Shown: positions 8,305 to 17,669, numbered from the stretch's first letter. The stretch is 30,775 nucleotides of DNA from a virus (IMGVR_UViG_3300010354_000364:1-30775); one strand, 5' to 3'. Made by a program: numbers and translations. The notes: generated by a model from the sequence alone, not told the origin.

Positions 8305-10779
8305 TCACTGAATGGATGCGCCAAGGATACTTGAAACAGGCACAAGAACCTTTTCGCCATTTGGACGCTTGATGTAGACCGATGCCCCTGGCGCAGTGGA
8401 TTTGCCTAGTGTCGATTGTAAGAAATTAGCCATCTTGGCTTTTTCTTCATCGTCATTGGGAATCACAAACGGGTCGTTCTTGGTTCCTGTATTCGGCACT
8501 GACATCACTAATTCTCGCGTACCTATACCTAGCTGTCTGGCACGGTCATTCCACTCATTCTTATACATCGTAGCCAACGAATTAAGAGTGGCTGCAGCAA
8601 GCTCAGGGTTCTTGAGCAATGCAGTCGGGTCCTTGACCGCAGTGCTGTTTTCCTGTGCCCATCTTTGCTGCTGCGTGGATAGGCGGCCTTCATTTGCCGT
8701 TGCTAAGCGACTGACGGAATCAAAGCCCTGACGCAGTATTGTCGCAGCCTTTTGCAGGTCAGTGTTGGGGCTGACCAACGCATCAGGCAGCACAGGGACA
8801 AAAATGTTATTTTTAATATCAGATACGAACGCTCCAGGGCCGTAGGCCTGCTGGACCACGCTCTTCATGTATTCAATTTTACTGAGATTATCATTGATCA
8901 GATTTATTTCCCCAACAATTTTTTCACGATCTTTAGGATTGGTTACTGTAATAGCAGTAGCTGATCCTGCATCTCTAACGAATGGATTGCTCGTGTCGAA
9001 GTAGTTATAATTTTTTCGGATATCTTGGATGGTCGGATGATCCTGATTGAGGAATGTTCCAAGATACGAGCCGTCTTTGCTTTCATAGTTGATCAGTCCT
9101 ACTCCAGCATCTTTTGCAATAACCTGATTCTTCTCGGCCAACTTTCCCAGTAGTCTGTAATCACCTTCCAGCGCTTTAAGCTTCAAGGCCTGCAGGAACT
9201 TGTCTTCTGTAGTGACATCCGTAATGGCCTGCTGCAGTGTTGCCGTTTTGCCCTTGAGTGCCAGTTCGCGCTCTTGTGCGGCAATAGCTGCCATGCCCCT
9301 TGGAACACCAGCAAATGCTTCGCCCACCGCCATGGCTGCAGTAGGTTTTCCAATGGTTGCAAGTTTTAGCCCTGCTTCAGACAACAAGAGCAGTGCGTTC
9401 ATTTTCGCCGCTTCTTTGTCCGAGCCAAAAATCTCCTCAAACAAAGGTGCGTATTCTCCTTGCGCTTCTTTAATGCGCTCCATCTTTGTCTTCGGCCCCT
9501 GCTTTTCTTGAGCAGCTTGCGTCTTAGAGATAAAGTCACCAAGAGGCATAGTAGAAGGGGACAGGCCCTCCCCCTGAGCTCTTTCTTGCTCTGGGGTAAA
9601 TGCAGGCGCTTCACCTTGAGCTATTTCCTGTTCTGGAGTCGCAGAAAGTTTTCCTGCCCCGCTAAAAGGATCGCCAGAATATTCATATAAAACAGGGTTA
9701 AACGGAATTGGCAGTTTCTTGCCTTCTGGTCCTTGCTGCGAGGTCCAGTCTTCACCTTTCGGGGCAGATATGTCATACGTCATTGATGGAGGCTTGCTCA
9801 TCAACTCCAGACGAGCAGCGCGATCTGCTGCTGTATCAACAGGGATCTGATTTACCAAATCGGATTGTTCTCCTGCCCCGTCCCCGCCACGAGTAGCCAA
9901 TCCATATGCTGGGACACTGCCAAAAGCAGCCGTTGATTTAAGAGCGCCCGCGAGTCGTGGGTATTGATCAACAAACCTACTTGCTCCCTGCATCATTCCT
10001 TGCGTAAATGTCGGGTACAGCAGTTCCCCGCCACGAGCAATCTGCTCAGCCGTATATCGACCACCAGGACCCCGAACATTTTCCAAAAACGGCTGGGTCA
10101 TCGAAGGCTGCATAAACATACGGCCCAGAGCGGCGTTTGCCGCACCGGCTTTGTCGCTCATAAACTGAGCAGCACGCATGGCCGGGTTGACAAAAGCGCC
10201 TAAGAAAGCATGCATCGGTGGCATGCCATCCGGGGTCGGCGGTTCTACAGCCCCGCCGTGTGCATATTGTTGTGGGGCACTAGGCCCCTGGGAAAAAGGG
10301 GGAGCACTCTCCATGCCCTGGGGCATCGGAATACCGCCTTGGGGCATGGCCGCGCCGGGTTGCTGGGGGGCAGGTGCAGGCGCACCACCCATTGGGGGCT
10401 GTCCGCCCGGGGGCATCATTCCTTGGGCCTGGGGCAATGCACCGATGCCCCCGCCTTGTTGCTGCATAGCCAGTTGTGTCTGCAGCATCGCCAAGACTTC
10501 TGGCGGCGTATCCATCGCAGCTTCTTCGCCAACCATCTGAGCAAGTTCCTGATAGCGAGCGTCAACAGAGCGCATGTCACCACGCAGATTGTTCATCAGA
10601 ATCTCTGGATTCTGGGGAGTCCTGGACATGGCGGGCATTTGCTCCATCTCAGCATTCTCATCCCGATCCATCTCACCTTCCATCTCATCCATGTCAAACC
10701 CAGACATGATGCCCGAGTTGCGCGACTCCTTTGACAGAGGCATCGCAAACATTGCTCGTTTTAGGATTTCTGTTTTCAT
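8305..10779 (-). CDS. Internal virion/ejection protein
   Basis: 824 aa, Met/Pro/Gly/Gln low-complexity N-half with a YAHGG motif, helical C-half; position in the ejection cluster. Confidence 0.6.
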   Translation of the reverse strand: MKTEILKRAMFAMPLSKESRNSGIMSGFDMDEMEGEMDRDENAEMEQMPAMSRTPQNPEILMNNLRGDMRSVDARYQELAQMVGEEAAMDTPPEVLAMLQTQLAMQQQGGGIGALPQAQGMMPPGGQPPMGGAPAPAPQQPGAAMPQGGIPMPQGMESAPPFSQGPSAPQQYAHGGAVEPPTPDGMPPMHAFLGAFVNPAMRAAQFMSDKAGAANAALGRMFMQPSMTQPFLENVRGPGGRYTAEQIARGGELLYPTFTQGMMQGASRFVDQYPRLAGALKSTAAFGSVPAYGLATRGGDGAGEQSDLVNQIPVDTAADRAARLELMSKPPSMTYDISAPKGEDWTSQQGPEGKKLPIPFNPVLYEYSGDPFSGAGKLSATPEQEIAQGEAPAFTPEQERAQGEGLSPSTMPLGDFISKTQAAQEKQGPKTKMERIKEAQGEYAPLFEEIFGSDKEAAKMNALLLLSEAGLKLATIGKPTAAMAVGEAFAGVPRGMAAIAAQERELALKGKTATLQQAITDVTTEDKFLQALKLKALEGDYRLLGKLAEKNQVIAKDAGVGLINYESKDGSYLGTFLNQDHPTIQDIRKNYNYFDTSNPFVRDAGSATAITVTNPKDREKIVGEINLINDNLSKIEYMKSVVQQAYGPGAFVSDIKNNIFVPVLPDALVSPNTDLQKAATILRQGFDSVSRLATANEGRLSTQQQRWAQENSTAVKDPTALLKNPELAAATLNSLATMYKNEWNDRARQLGIGTRELVMSVPNTGTKNDPFVIPNDDEEKAKMANFLQSTLGKSTAPGASVYIKRPNGEKVLVPVSSILGASIQ

Positions 10780-10788
10780 GTCTTGCCT

Positions 10789-12234
10789 TTAAAGAATGCC
10801 TGCTTTGTTGGCTGCAGCCGCCGCGCTTACCCCGGCAATTCCCAAACCAGCAACTTGTTGGAATGGACTTGGAGTAGCCTGTGTGCCTGTAATACTTGCC
10901 ATCTGTGAGGATGGAGCACCTTTGTAGATGTCCGATAGGAAGGCCATCTGCTGATATGGCTGCATGTTTTGCTGCAGTTCGTTCTGACGCGCTGCATCCA
11001 ATTCTGATTGCAGTTGACGTTGTTGTGCTTGTCCAAGGTTGTACAGGAAGTTTGTGTCCTGCTGGCCCAGCGTTTGTTGCTGTTGCCCCAAAGCAGCCTG
11101 TTGCATGCCGATATTGGCCTGTTGCGTGCCCAAAGCGCCAAGGCCCTGTGCCATTTGAGAGCCAATACCGAACTGCTGAGAAGCCAGATTGCCAATACCC
11201 TGTGCCATCTGTTGACCCAACTGGGACTGCTGGCCGTAGATATTGGCCTGTTGACTGCCCAAGTTTCCATAAAGGCTCGACAAATTTGCCAAATTGCTTG
11301 CCAAATTGCCCTGCAGACCGGCTGCGCCCTGACCTAACTGCGCTTGCTGGAGAGCTTGCTGCCCAAAAAGTCCGCCAATACCTTGGTATCCCTGAGCCTG
11401 AGCAAGTTGTCGCTGTTGTTGCTGTTCAAATGCTTGCTGAGCCTGTTGAGCAGCATTTTGATAACCCTGCTGCAGACCACCAACAATAGCGGCATTGCGC
11501 TGCTGAGCAAGATTTTTCTCCAATTCAGCACTTTCTACAGCTTGCCTGCCGCCGCCAAAAGCCCCAGCTTTTACTGCCTGCGCTTGTAGCCCTTGCCTAG
11601 TAATGTCCCCCTGACGGTTGATCTGACGAACAGCTTCATCAATTACCTGTTGCTGGTAAGGATTCATGAAACCCTGCGCCATCGTAGGGGCATACATCTG
11701 CCCAGCACCCTGCAATGTGCCCACACCTTGGCGTAGCGTGTTGAGCGCCTCGCCCATATTGGCCTGAGAGTACTGATTAGCCATCTGCTGAGCGGCAGTC
11801 AGGCCCTGGGCCCCTTGAGCAATCAGCGGGACGCCTTGAGTCACCAAGTTTGCAGCCCCGCCCATCTGCTGAATCGGAATGGCTGCCTGATTCATGGCAG
11901 CTTGCGCCCCGGCAAACTGACCACGGGTATCGGCTCCGCGTAAAATGTCGGCGGCTTCACCCAGAGTTTGTCCTCCGGCAGTGACCCCTTGAGTAGCTGC
12001 CGTCATATACGGCTGATATGCGCCAATACCAGCACGACCCATTTGTAGGGCAGTAAGTTGATCCGGGCTCATGCCCGCAATTTCATAATCAGGAGTCAGG
12101 TATTGACCGGAAAGTGCAGCTAGGTTGGTGGCATCTACAAGGGATTTTGCAGACCCCATCAGGCCTACTTTTGCTGCTTCAATATCCGGGGCTTCCCGGA
12201 CTATCTGCTCTTGAATGCTAGTTGGATCAGCCAT
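10789..12234 (-). CDS. Gln/Ala/Gly-rich ejection (DNA pilot-like) protein
   Basis: 481 aa, FMNPYQQQVID and AGAFGGGR motifs, Q-rich helical repeats, hydrophobic Gly/Ala C-terminus. Confidence 0.65.
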   Translation of the reverse strand: MADPTSIQEQIVREAPDIEAAKVGLMGSAKSLVDATNLAALSGQYLTPDYEIAGMSPDQLTALQMGRAGIGAYQPYMTAATQGVTAGGQTLGEAADILRGADTRGQFAGAQAAMNQAAIPIQQMGGAANLVTQGVPLIAQGAQGLTAAQQMANQYSQANMGEALNTLRQGVGTLQGAGQMYAPTMAQGFMNPYQQQVIDEAVRQINRQGDITRQGLQAQAVKAGAFGGGRQAVESAELEKNLAQQRNAAIVGGLQQGYQNAAQQAQQAFEQQQQRQLAQAQGYQGIGGLFGQQALQQAQLGQGAAGLQGNLASNLANLSSLYGNLGSQQANIYGQQSQLGQQMAQGIGNLASQQFGIGSQMAQGLGALGTQQANIGMQQAALGQQQQTLGQQDTNFLYNLGQAQQRQLQSELDAARQNELQQNMQPYQQMAFLSDIYKGAPSSQMASITGTQATPSPFQQVAGLGIAGVSAAAAANKAGIL

Positions 12235-12236
12235 TT

Positions 12237-14834
12237 TTACGCCCTTTGTGCATTGCTTTCAAGCTGATGCATCAGCTTGTACATTTTTTTAGCGCCATCT
12301 CGACGGCTTCCATTTCCCATGCCACGAACTGCTTTGGCAGTCATGACAAATTCTCCGTCGGAAAGCATTGCAGGGATGGAATCAGATTTCTCTGTTCCAG
12401 GACCGCTGATTTGTCCGTTCATCCTAGGATACCCTCCTTGAGCCAAAGCTGCAATACCTTTATCGGTAGAAAATGCAGTTGCTGGAGTCGTAACGGATGT
12501 TGCAGGTTTAAGAATATTTGCTATTCCAGAAAGATAGCTTTGCTGCCCCTGCAACATGGGCGCATAGGCCTGATTCAAGGCAGCAAGCTGGGCGGCTCGA
12601 TTGCGAGCACCAAATTGCTCATCACCATAACTTCCAGGCGAGGTGCGGCCTTCTTGTTGGCCCCATTGAGTGAAGTGCTGTTTCGCAAACTCAGACTGAG
12701 TTAAAGGCGAGTTAGAACGATAGTATTCCGCCTGCACATCGGGATTAGCCTGGAAATACGAATTGATCGGGTTGACTTCCGGAGCAAGTGCACCGAGGCC
12801 CGCATTGATGTTGGCGTACATCGTGCCATAGCCCTGAGCTCGGCGCATGGCTTTTTGTTGAGCAACCGCGTCACGAGCTTGTCGCTGTTGAGCGGCTAAG
12901 GCGTCTGCTGCTGCTTTATCCGCTGCTGCTTTATCCGCTGCTGCTTGATCTGCTGCAATCTGCTCAGCGGATTTTTGCACAACGCCGCCATCCTCATATT
13001 GTTGGATAGAATAGTTAGGGTAGTTAGGATATAGCAGGTTGGGGTACATCAATGCTGTGTTATACGGCTGAGCAATTTTGCCCGATCCCATTGCACCTTG
13101 AGGTGTAGTGTAAATAGGTGGTAATTGCATGATGCCAGAGGGCTGCATGACCCCTGGGGTCAAAGACCCATAGGTTGGCGTGTTGTATGTCGGCAAACTT
13201 CCTGTAAAACTTCCAGCAATGGGTTCGCCATACTGATCGTATTGAACACCCGGCAGACCCTGAATGTAATTTTGGCGTTGAGTGCCTTCTTCCCGTATAC
13301 GTTGAGCAGCAGGTTTGTACAGAGATTTCGTTATTTGTCCGGGTTCCACGGGCTTTTTATCAAATCCGCCAGACAGGGCCATGATCCCCAAGCCTGTGCC
13401 CACGGCAGGGCCGTAAGTGGAAAGTATCCCAGGAGTGGCGGATTTAACAGCAGCATCATAAGCCCTTATCTGTTGCCATTCCGGAGCTCCAGCTGCCTTG
13501 GCAGCATCTGCTGCCGTTTGCCCAGCTTGCTGCGCCTTGGCTGCCCCTTCAGCTTGTATTTCTGAGGGGGAAATCTTGCTCCACATATCCTTGGTTTTAT
13601 TCCAAGCATCACTTCCAAACTGCTTGGCTTGCTCCCACGGACTTTGTGGCATCGATGGCGACAATCCCTGTCCCTGTGCAAGTTCCTGCGCTGGAGTTAG
13701 TTCAGGAAAATTAGGGGAACCGGCAGGCGCGGCCTGAACTGGCGGAGCAACAGGCGCAGCTTTTTTCAAAGCATCCTGAGGGCTAAAAACAGTTGGCTGA
13801 ATATTACTTACGGACTCTGGGGTAATGGGAGCAGAAGGTACAGACGAAGCACCACCAAAAGGATCACCTGCGTACTCAGGAGGGACAACAGGAGCCGCCT
13901 CTGCTCCGGGTATGGCAGGAGCGCCGGGGGCCGCGCCTTCTGCTCCGGGGGCCATGGCTCCCGGGCCCATGAACTGGCTCATACCCCAGTTTGCCACGCC
14001 CGCGCTAATACCGGCAAGTACACCGGACCTCAGAGCATCACCAATGTTTCCGCCAGCAAGGAGCGTGGACCCCGCACCGCCGACAAAACCGCTAACGGCA
14101 GCCAAAGCAAGGGGAGAGCTAACTCCAAGAAAGCTGGCTGCCGCTGGGCCGAGGACCATGCCAAGGGCAATTGTAGTTACGACGCGCCCTACGCTGCTCT
14201 TTGCAAAATCGCTTACAGCCTTGCCAATACCGCTAATTGCGTCGGAAATAGCACCAAGGGGGTTGTCAAAAAATCCAAACTCCGGCAATCCAGTGGCAGG
14301 GTTAATGGTCCCCGAACCGCCCATCCGTTTCAGCATCCGTGCTTCTGCAGGATTAATGTGGGCCAAAATGGTATCGCCATTTCTGCCTTGAGACTGAATT
14401 GCTTTGGCAATCGGCTTTAGCTCAGCAATGCCACCTTTTGCAAAACTCTGCACTTTTTCGCCAGCGCCAGCGCCAGAAAGCTGATCAAGGGCCATGTTCA
14501 ACGCGCCAAAGAAGCTGGGATCAAAGCGTTCCGGCAAAATGTCCGCAGGAATACCGGCTTCTAAAGCAGCCTGTCGAATTTCCGCATATCGCTCAGGATT
14601 AGAAAGAATTTCCTGTAAAAGCCTATCCAGAATATTTAAAACTTCTGGCGGAACCTGAAGCTTATTTAATTCGGATTTAAATTTATAAACGGCTTGGGGA
14701 TCGACCTGCGACGCCCCGGACAACAATTCATTAGAAATTTGTCCTGGTGCAGCGTTTTGGCGAATTTGATCAAGGATCGCCATTTGATCAGGAGAAGGGG
14801 CGGTGGCAGGCATTGCCATTGGGATGTTTGCCAT
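12237..14834 (-). CDS. Internal virion/ejection protein with glycine-zipper hydrophobic region and two AxGG-led domains
   Basis: 865 aa; FAKGG...GRNGDTILAHINPAE...NPATGLPEF; hydrophobic IALGMVLGPAAASFLG...SGFVGGAG; C-terminal GPGTEKSDSIPAMLSDGEFVMTAKAV; RBS AAGGA. Confidence 0.65.
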   Translation of the reverse strand: MANIPMAMPATAPSPDQMAILDQIRQNAAPGQISNELLSGASQVDPQAVYKFKSELNKLQVPPEVLNILDRLLQEILSNPERYAEIRQAALEAGIPADILPERFDPSFFGALNMALDQLSGAGAGEKVQSFAKGGIAELKPIAKAIQSQGRNGDTILAHINPAEARMLKRMGGSGTINPATGLPEFGFFDNPLGAISDAISGIGKAVSDFAKSSVGRVVTTIALGMVLGPAAASFLGVSSPLALAAVSGFVGGAGSTLLAGGNIGDALRSGVLAGISAGVANWGMSQFMGPGAMAPGAEGAAPGAPAIPGAEAAPVVPPEYAGDPFGGASSVPSAPITPESVSNIQPTVFSPQDALKKAAPVAPPVQAAPAGSPNFPELTPAQELAQGQGLSPSMPQSPWEQAKQFGSDAWNKTKDMWSKISPSEIQAEGAAKAQQAGQTAADAAKAAGAPEWQQIRAYDAAVKSATPGILSTYGPAVGTGLGIMALSGGFDKKPVEPGQITKSLYKPAAQRIREEGTQRQNYIQGLPGVQYDQYGEPIAGSFTGSLPTYNTPTYGSLTPGVMQPSGIMQLPPIYTTPQGAMGSGKIAQPYNTALMYPNLLYPNYPNYSIQQYEDGGVVQKSAEQIAADQAAADKAAADKAAADALAAQQRQARDAVAQQKAMRRAQGYGTMYANINAGLGALAPEVNPINSYFQANPDVQAEYYRSNSPLTQSEFAKQHFTQWGQQEGRTSPGSYGDEQFGARNRAAQLAALNQAYAPMLQGQQSYLSGIANILKPATSVTTPATAFSTDKGIAALAQGGYPRMNGQISGPGTEKSDSIPAMLSDGEFVMTAKAVRGMGNGSRRDGAKKMYKLMHQLESNAQRA
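12907..12951. repeat. In-frame 15-bp tandem repeat (3 copies) encoding (D[KQ]AAA)n
   Basis: gctgctgctttatcc twice exactly (12907-12936), then gctgctgcttgatct. Confidence 0.9.
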
Positions 14835-14874
14835 AGTTTTCCTTACGCTGTGGTCAGCAGGTAAAAGTTATTGA

Positions 14875-14903
14875 ATCGTACCATGTTCAGGGCAATTTTC
14901 CAA
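14875..14903 (-). promoter_or_regulatory. Sigma70-like internal promoter ahead of the ejection-protein genes
   Basis: Minus strand TTGGAA (14903-14898), 17-nt spacer, TACGAT (14880-14875) with TGn extension, in the largest intergenic gap (69 nt) of the late region. Confidence 0.55.
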
Positions 14904-15563
14904 CTACATCGCGGACACAAACGTAATCGACCCGATCATGGACGGCACACTTGGGCGCGGCATCGGGGTAGTCTGCGCGGTATCGGCAAAGATATAAATC
15001 CCATTAGCCCCGCCAGAAACTGCGGCTTGCTCCGTCCCCCACCATAGCCCAACCGTGTCTCCCGCTTCCATTGGAAAAACAGCCTCAGAGTAGCCACACC
15101 GGTAGTCCCAAACCGAAGCACTCTGCCGAGCCTGAAGAGAGAAAATAGTGGTTGAAGCCGGTACATCTACCCCGTTTAGGCGCAACCAGAATACAGCAAA
15201 GTGAGGGGCATTTGCATTATTAGCCAGTTGTGCGCTGTAGGTTATCTTGAATATGCCTGAAACATTGGCTGTTGCAGTATGATCATTATTTAATGTAAAC
15301 CCGTTAATGCCCGTTGTGCCATCCCACTCAATTATTGTTGGGGTATTATTTGCCGTGGCGTACAGGGAATATGAACAAATAGCCGCAATAAACGGATTGG
15401 ATATATACTGCCCACCCAGCGTATTTGTTACGTTATTTAAATTATTTGTTAGTTGGTTGAAGTACAACCTCAAGACGTTACTGTACTGGTCTTGATGGTT
15501 TTTGGTGTACTCCACTCCGCCAAATGGCAGGTTTGGGACGGCAACTGACTTTAGTTGTGGCAT
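14904..15563 (-). CDS. Tail-associated protein, N-terminal coiled coil plus C1q/BclA-like beta-sandwich
   Basis: 219 aa; PNLP...Y...Q..NVLRLYFNQL start, then beta-rich ANVSGIFKITYSAQL...VFWLRLNGVDVP...AGDTVGLWW; directly after the tail hub gene. Confidence 0.55.
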   Translation of the reverse strand: MPQLKSVAVPNLPFGGVEYTKNHQDQYSNVLRLYFNQLTNNLNNVTNTLGGQYISNPFIAAICSYSLYATANNTPTIIEWDGTTGINGFTLNNDHTATANVSGIFKITYSAQLANNANAPHFAVFWLRLNGVDVPASTTIFSLQARQSASVWDYRCGYSEAVFPMEAGDTVGLWWGTEQAAVSGGANGIYIFADTAQTTPMPRPSVPSMIGSITFVSAM

Positions 15564-17669
15564 TTATCTACGTCCATCAGGTCTGATGTCAATCCTTGGC
15601 GCACCAAGCTGCCAAGTCGTGCCGACTTTATTAGACTGCATCTTCAGGATCAACTGACGCCCCCGGACACGGGTGTAGATTTGGCCCGTGAATTCTTCGG
15701 TAATGTTGTAGTTTGATCCCTGAGTGATTCCTCCGGAGGCCTGAATATTGACCCCGGAGCCTGAGTTGACCATGCCATACAGCGTCATGGTTGCCTCTGC
15801 GGTTGTGCCGCTGGTTGAGCCGTTAAAGGTCAGGTCGGGAAGTACGCGCCAGACATAGCCAAAGTTATGCCCGTCGTTAATGTCAAACTCAGCCGAGGAG
15901 ATATACGCCTCAATAGCCTCTGCCGTGCCGCTTTCCACATTGTCCACGCCGTCCTCATGCTGGACTAACTTATAGTTGTAGGTGGCTGCGATTGGATAAG
16001 GAATTAGCCCGGAATCCAGCCAAGCTGTACGGGCCATGTTGCCGTAATACCACACATTTTCAAGGTAGTTGTAGACCACATATTTATCTATTGCTACAGA
16101 GTTTGCAGAGCAGTAGAACCACCAGACTTCATTAAAGGCCTCGTTCGTTCCGGCGTAGACTTGCTCCCTTTGGTCGGCATTAAAGTCGTTGAAAACATAC
16201 TTACGCAGGTCGCAATTAAGCGTCATAACTTGACCGTTATACAGATAAAACTTGTCAATTCCCATCCAGTAAATGATACCGGAGGCGATAACTGCCGCAT
16301 TTGGCCCTGCAATAGAGATGTTGTCACCCAGCAACTGAGAACCCCAAACATAGGGTGGCCCAAGATACTGCAAGGAATAGACGGAAGTATCCGTAAAAAC
16401 AACAATTTCCTGACGGGTTTGAACTCCGGTAACAATCCTAGAGCCATGAGATAGCCGCAAACTGCCAGCCTGATTTGTAGCTTCCGGTGTCCATGTGTAT
16501 GGGTCTTCTTGCTGTGACCACCGGATAAGCATCGGGTCAAGGACGGTCGATCCGTAATCATTTGTGCCGAATACGATAACAAACCTAGATACATCCGACA
16601 CCATAATACAGTTTTGGTATATCGGAGTATCTGCATCCCCGGCATCCGCCAGATCAATACCGCGTTGAGATATGTACTGAAGTCCCGACTGCGTTCCGCT
16701 TGTGGTTATTGCCGCGCCTTGTAGTGTGGTAGAAACACTGAACGTGGTTCCTGTTGAATTGACAACAAAATACACCTGTCCGACATCCAACCCGGTAGGC
16801 AACGCCCCGGTACTGGTGAATGAAATAGCCGTTCCGTCTGGAATGCTAAACCCAACAGGAAGCGTTATCACCCCCGGAGCAGCAATGCTTATGGTTATCT
16901 GGATTGGCGTATAGCCAACATTTGCGTTCCAGTAATAAATACCCCCGCCTCGCGGCCCGTAGATAAGGTCTTCACCAAAGTTCTGCTGACTCCATAGCCG
17001 CATCGGATACTGCGTATTAGTGCCAATACCCCATTCCCCAGAACCCCACGGGCCTGCTCCCCAACCTGTAATTGGAACTTGATACGCTGTACCCGTGTTT
17101 ATTTCATACTGAGTCACAACCGTCCCACCACCGGGTGAGCCAGCGGCATCGGTAGCGTTGGCGGTTACGCCAACATTTATCGTATAGACATCATCGTTTA
17201 CATAGGTGACTTGGAATGTTCCAGTTAGTACGGATGCCGTTATGTTTCCGCCCAGACCAACGATTCCTGCCCCACTATAGATAACCGTATCCCCATCAGC
17301 GCAGCCGTGATCAACCTCGTTAATTGTCAGGATTGAAGAGCCATCAGTGGCGGTAAATGGGTCAGTCAGGGTTTCTGTCTTCCTAATTGGGGTGACATCA
17401 TAATATGCGCCTCCCTTAAGGATGTAAAACTTGAGGTTTGTTCCAACTCCGACCAGATTTTCACCTGCCAAAGTCACCCAGTTCCACAGGGAGCGGCAGA
17501 CCCCCAAGAATGTATTAACAGAAAACTGCGTCCAGCCGCCTATTTTTTCCGGGGTTCCTTGGCGGAAACGGATTTTGTCGCACTCATACCAGCCGCCTTC
17601 GGTGGTGTAGCGGGTGTTTTCTCTATTTACACCGGATTTCAGGAGTGTTTTAGTTAATGGCATGGTCAA
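15564..17669 (-). CDS. Tail hub/nozzle (P22 gp10-like stabilisation protein)
   Basis: 701 aa, aromatic beta-propeller-like repeats (IRWSQQEDP, EIVVFTDTSVY, IIYWMGIDKFYLYNG, EVWWFY, YVVYNY), C-terminal RVRGRQ...RIDIRPDGRR. Confidence 0.7.
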   Translation of the reverse strand: MTMPLTKTLLKSGVNRENTRYTTEGGWYECDKIRFRQGTPEKIGGWTQFSVNTFLGVCRSLWNWVTLAGENLVGVGTNLKFYILKGGAYYDVTPIRKTETLTDPFTATDGSSILTINEVDHGCADGDTVIYSGAGIVGLGGNITASVLTGTFQVTYVNDDVYTINVGVTANATDAAGSPGGGTVVTQYEINTGTAYQVPITGWGAGPWGSGEWGIGTNTQYPMRLWSQQNFGEDLIYGPRGGGIYYWNANVGYTPIQITISIAAPGVITLPVGFSIPDGTAISFTSTGALPTGLDVGQVYFVVNSTGTTFSVSTTLQGAAITTSGTQSGLQYISQRGIDLADAGDADTPIYQNCIMVSDVSRFVIVFGTNDYGSTVLDPMLIRWSQQEDPYTWTPEATNQAGSLRLSHGSRIVTGVQTRQEIVVFTDTSVYSLQYLGPPYVWGSQLLGDNISIAGPNAAVIASGIIYWMGIDKFYLYNGQVMTLNCDLRKYVFNDFNADQREQVYAGTNEAFNEVWWFYCSANSVAIDKYVVYNYLENVWYYGNMARTAWLDSGLIPYPIAATYNYKLVQHEDGVDNVESGTAEAIEAYISSAEFDINDGHNFGYVWRVLPDLTFNGSTSGTTAEATMTLYGMVNSGSGVNIQASGGITQGSNYNITEEFTGQIYTRVRGRQLILKMQSNKVGTTWQLGAPRIDIRPDGRR

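Noticed and set aside
4908-10779. Lytic transglycosylase, RNA polymerase or toxin domain in the large ejection proteins
   Set aside because: No ES/GLMQ, DxDGD or other catalytic motif was recognisable by eye. A profile search would be needed to exclude one.
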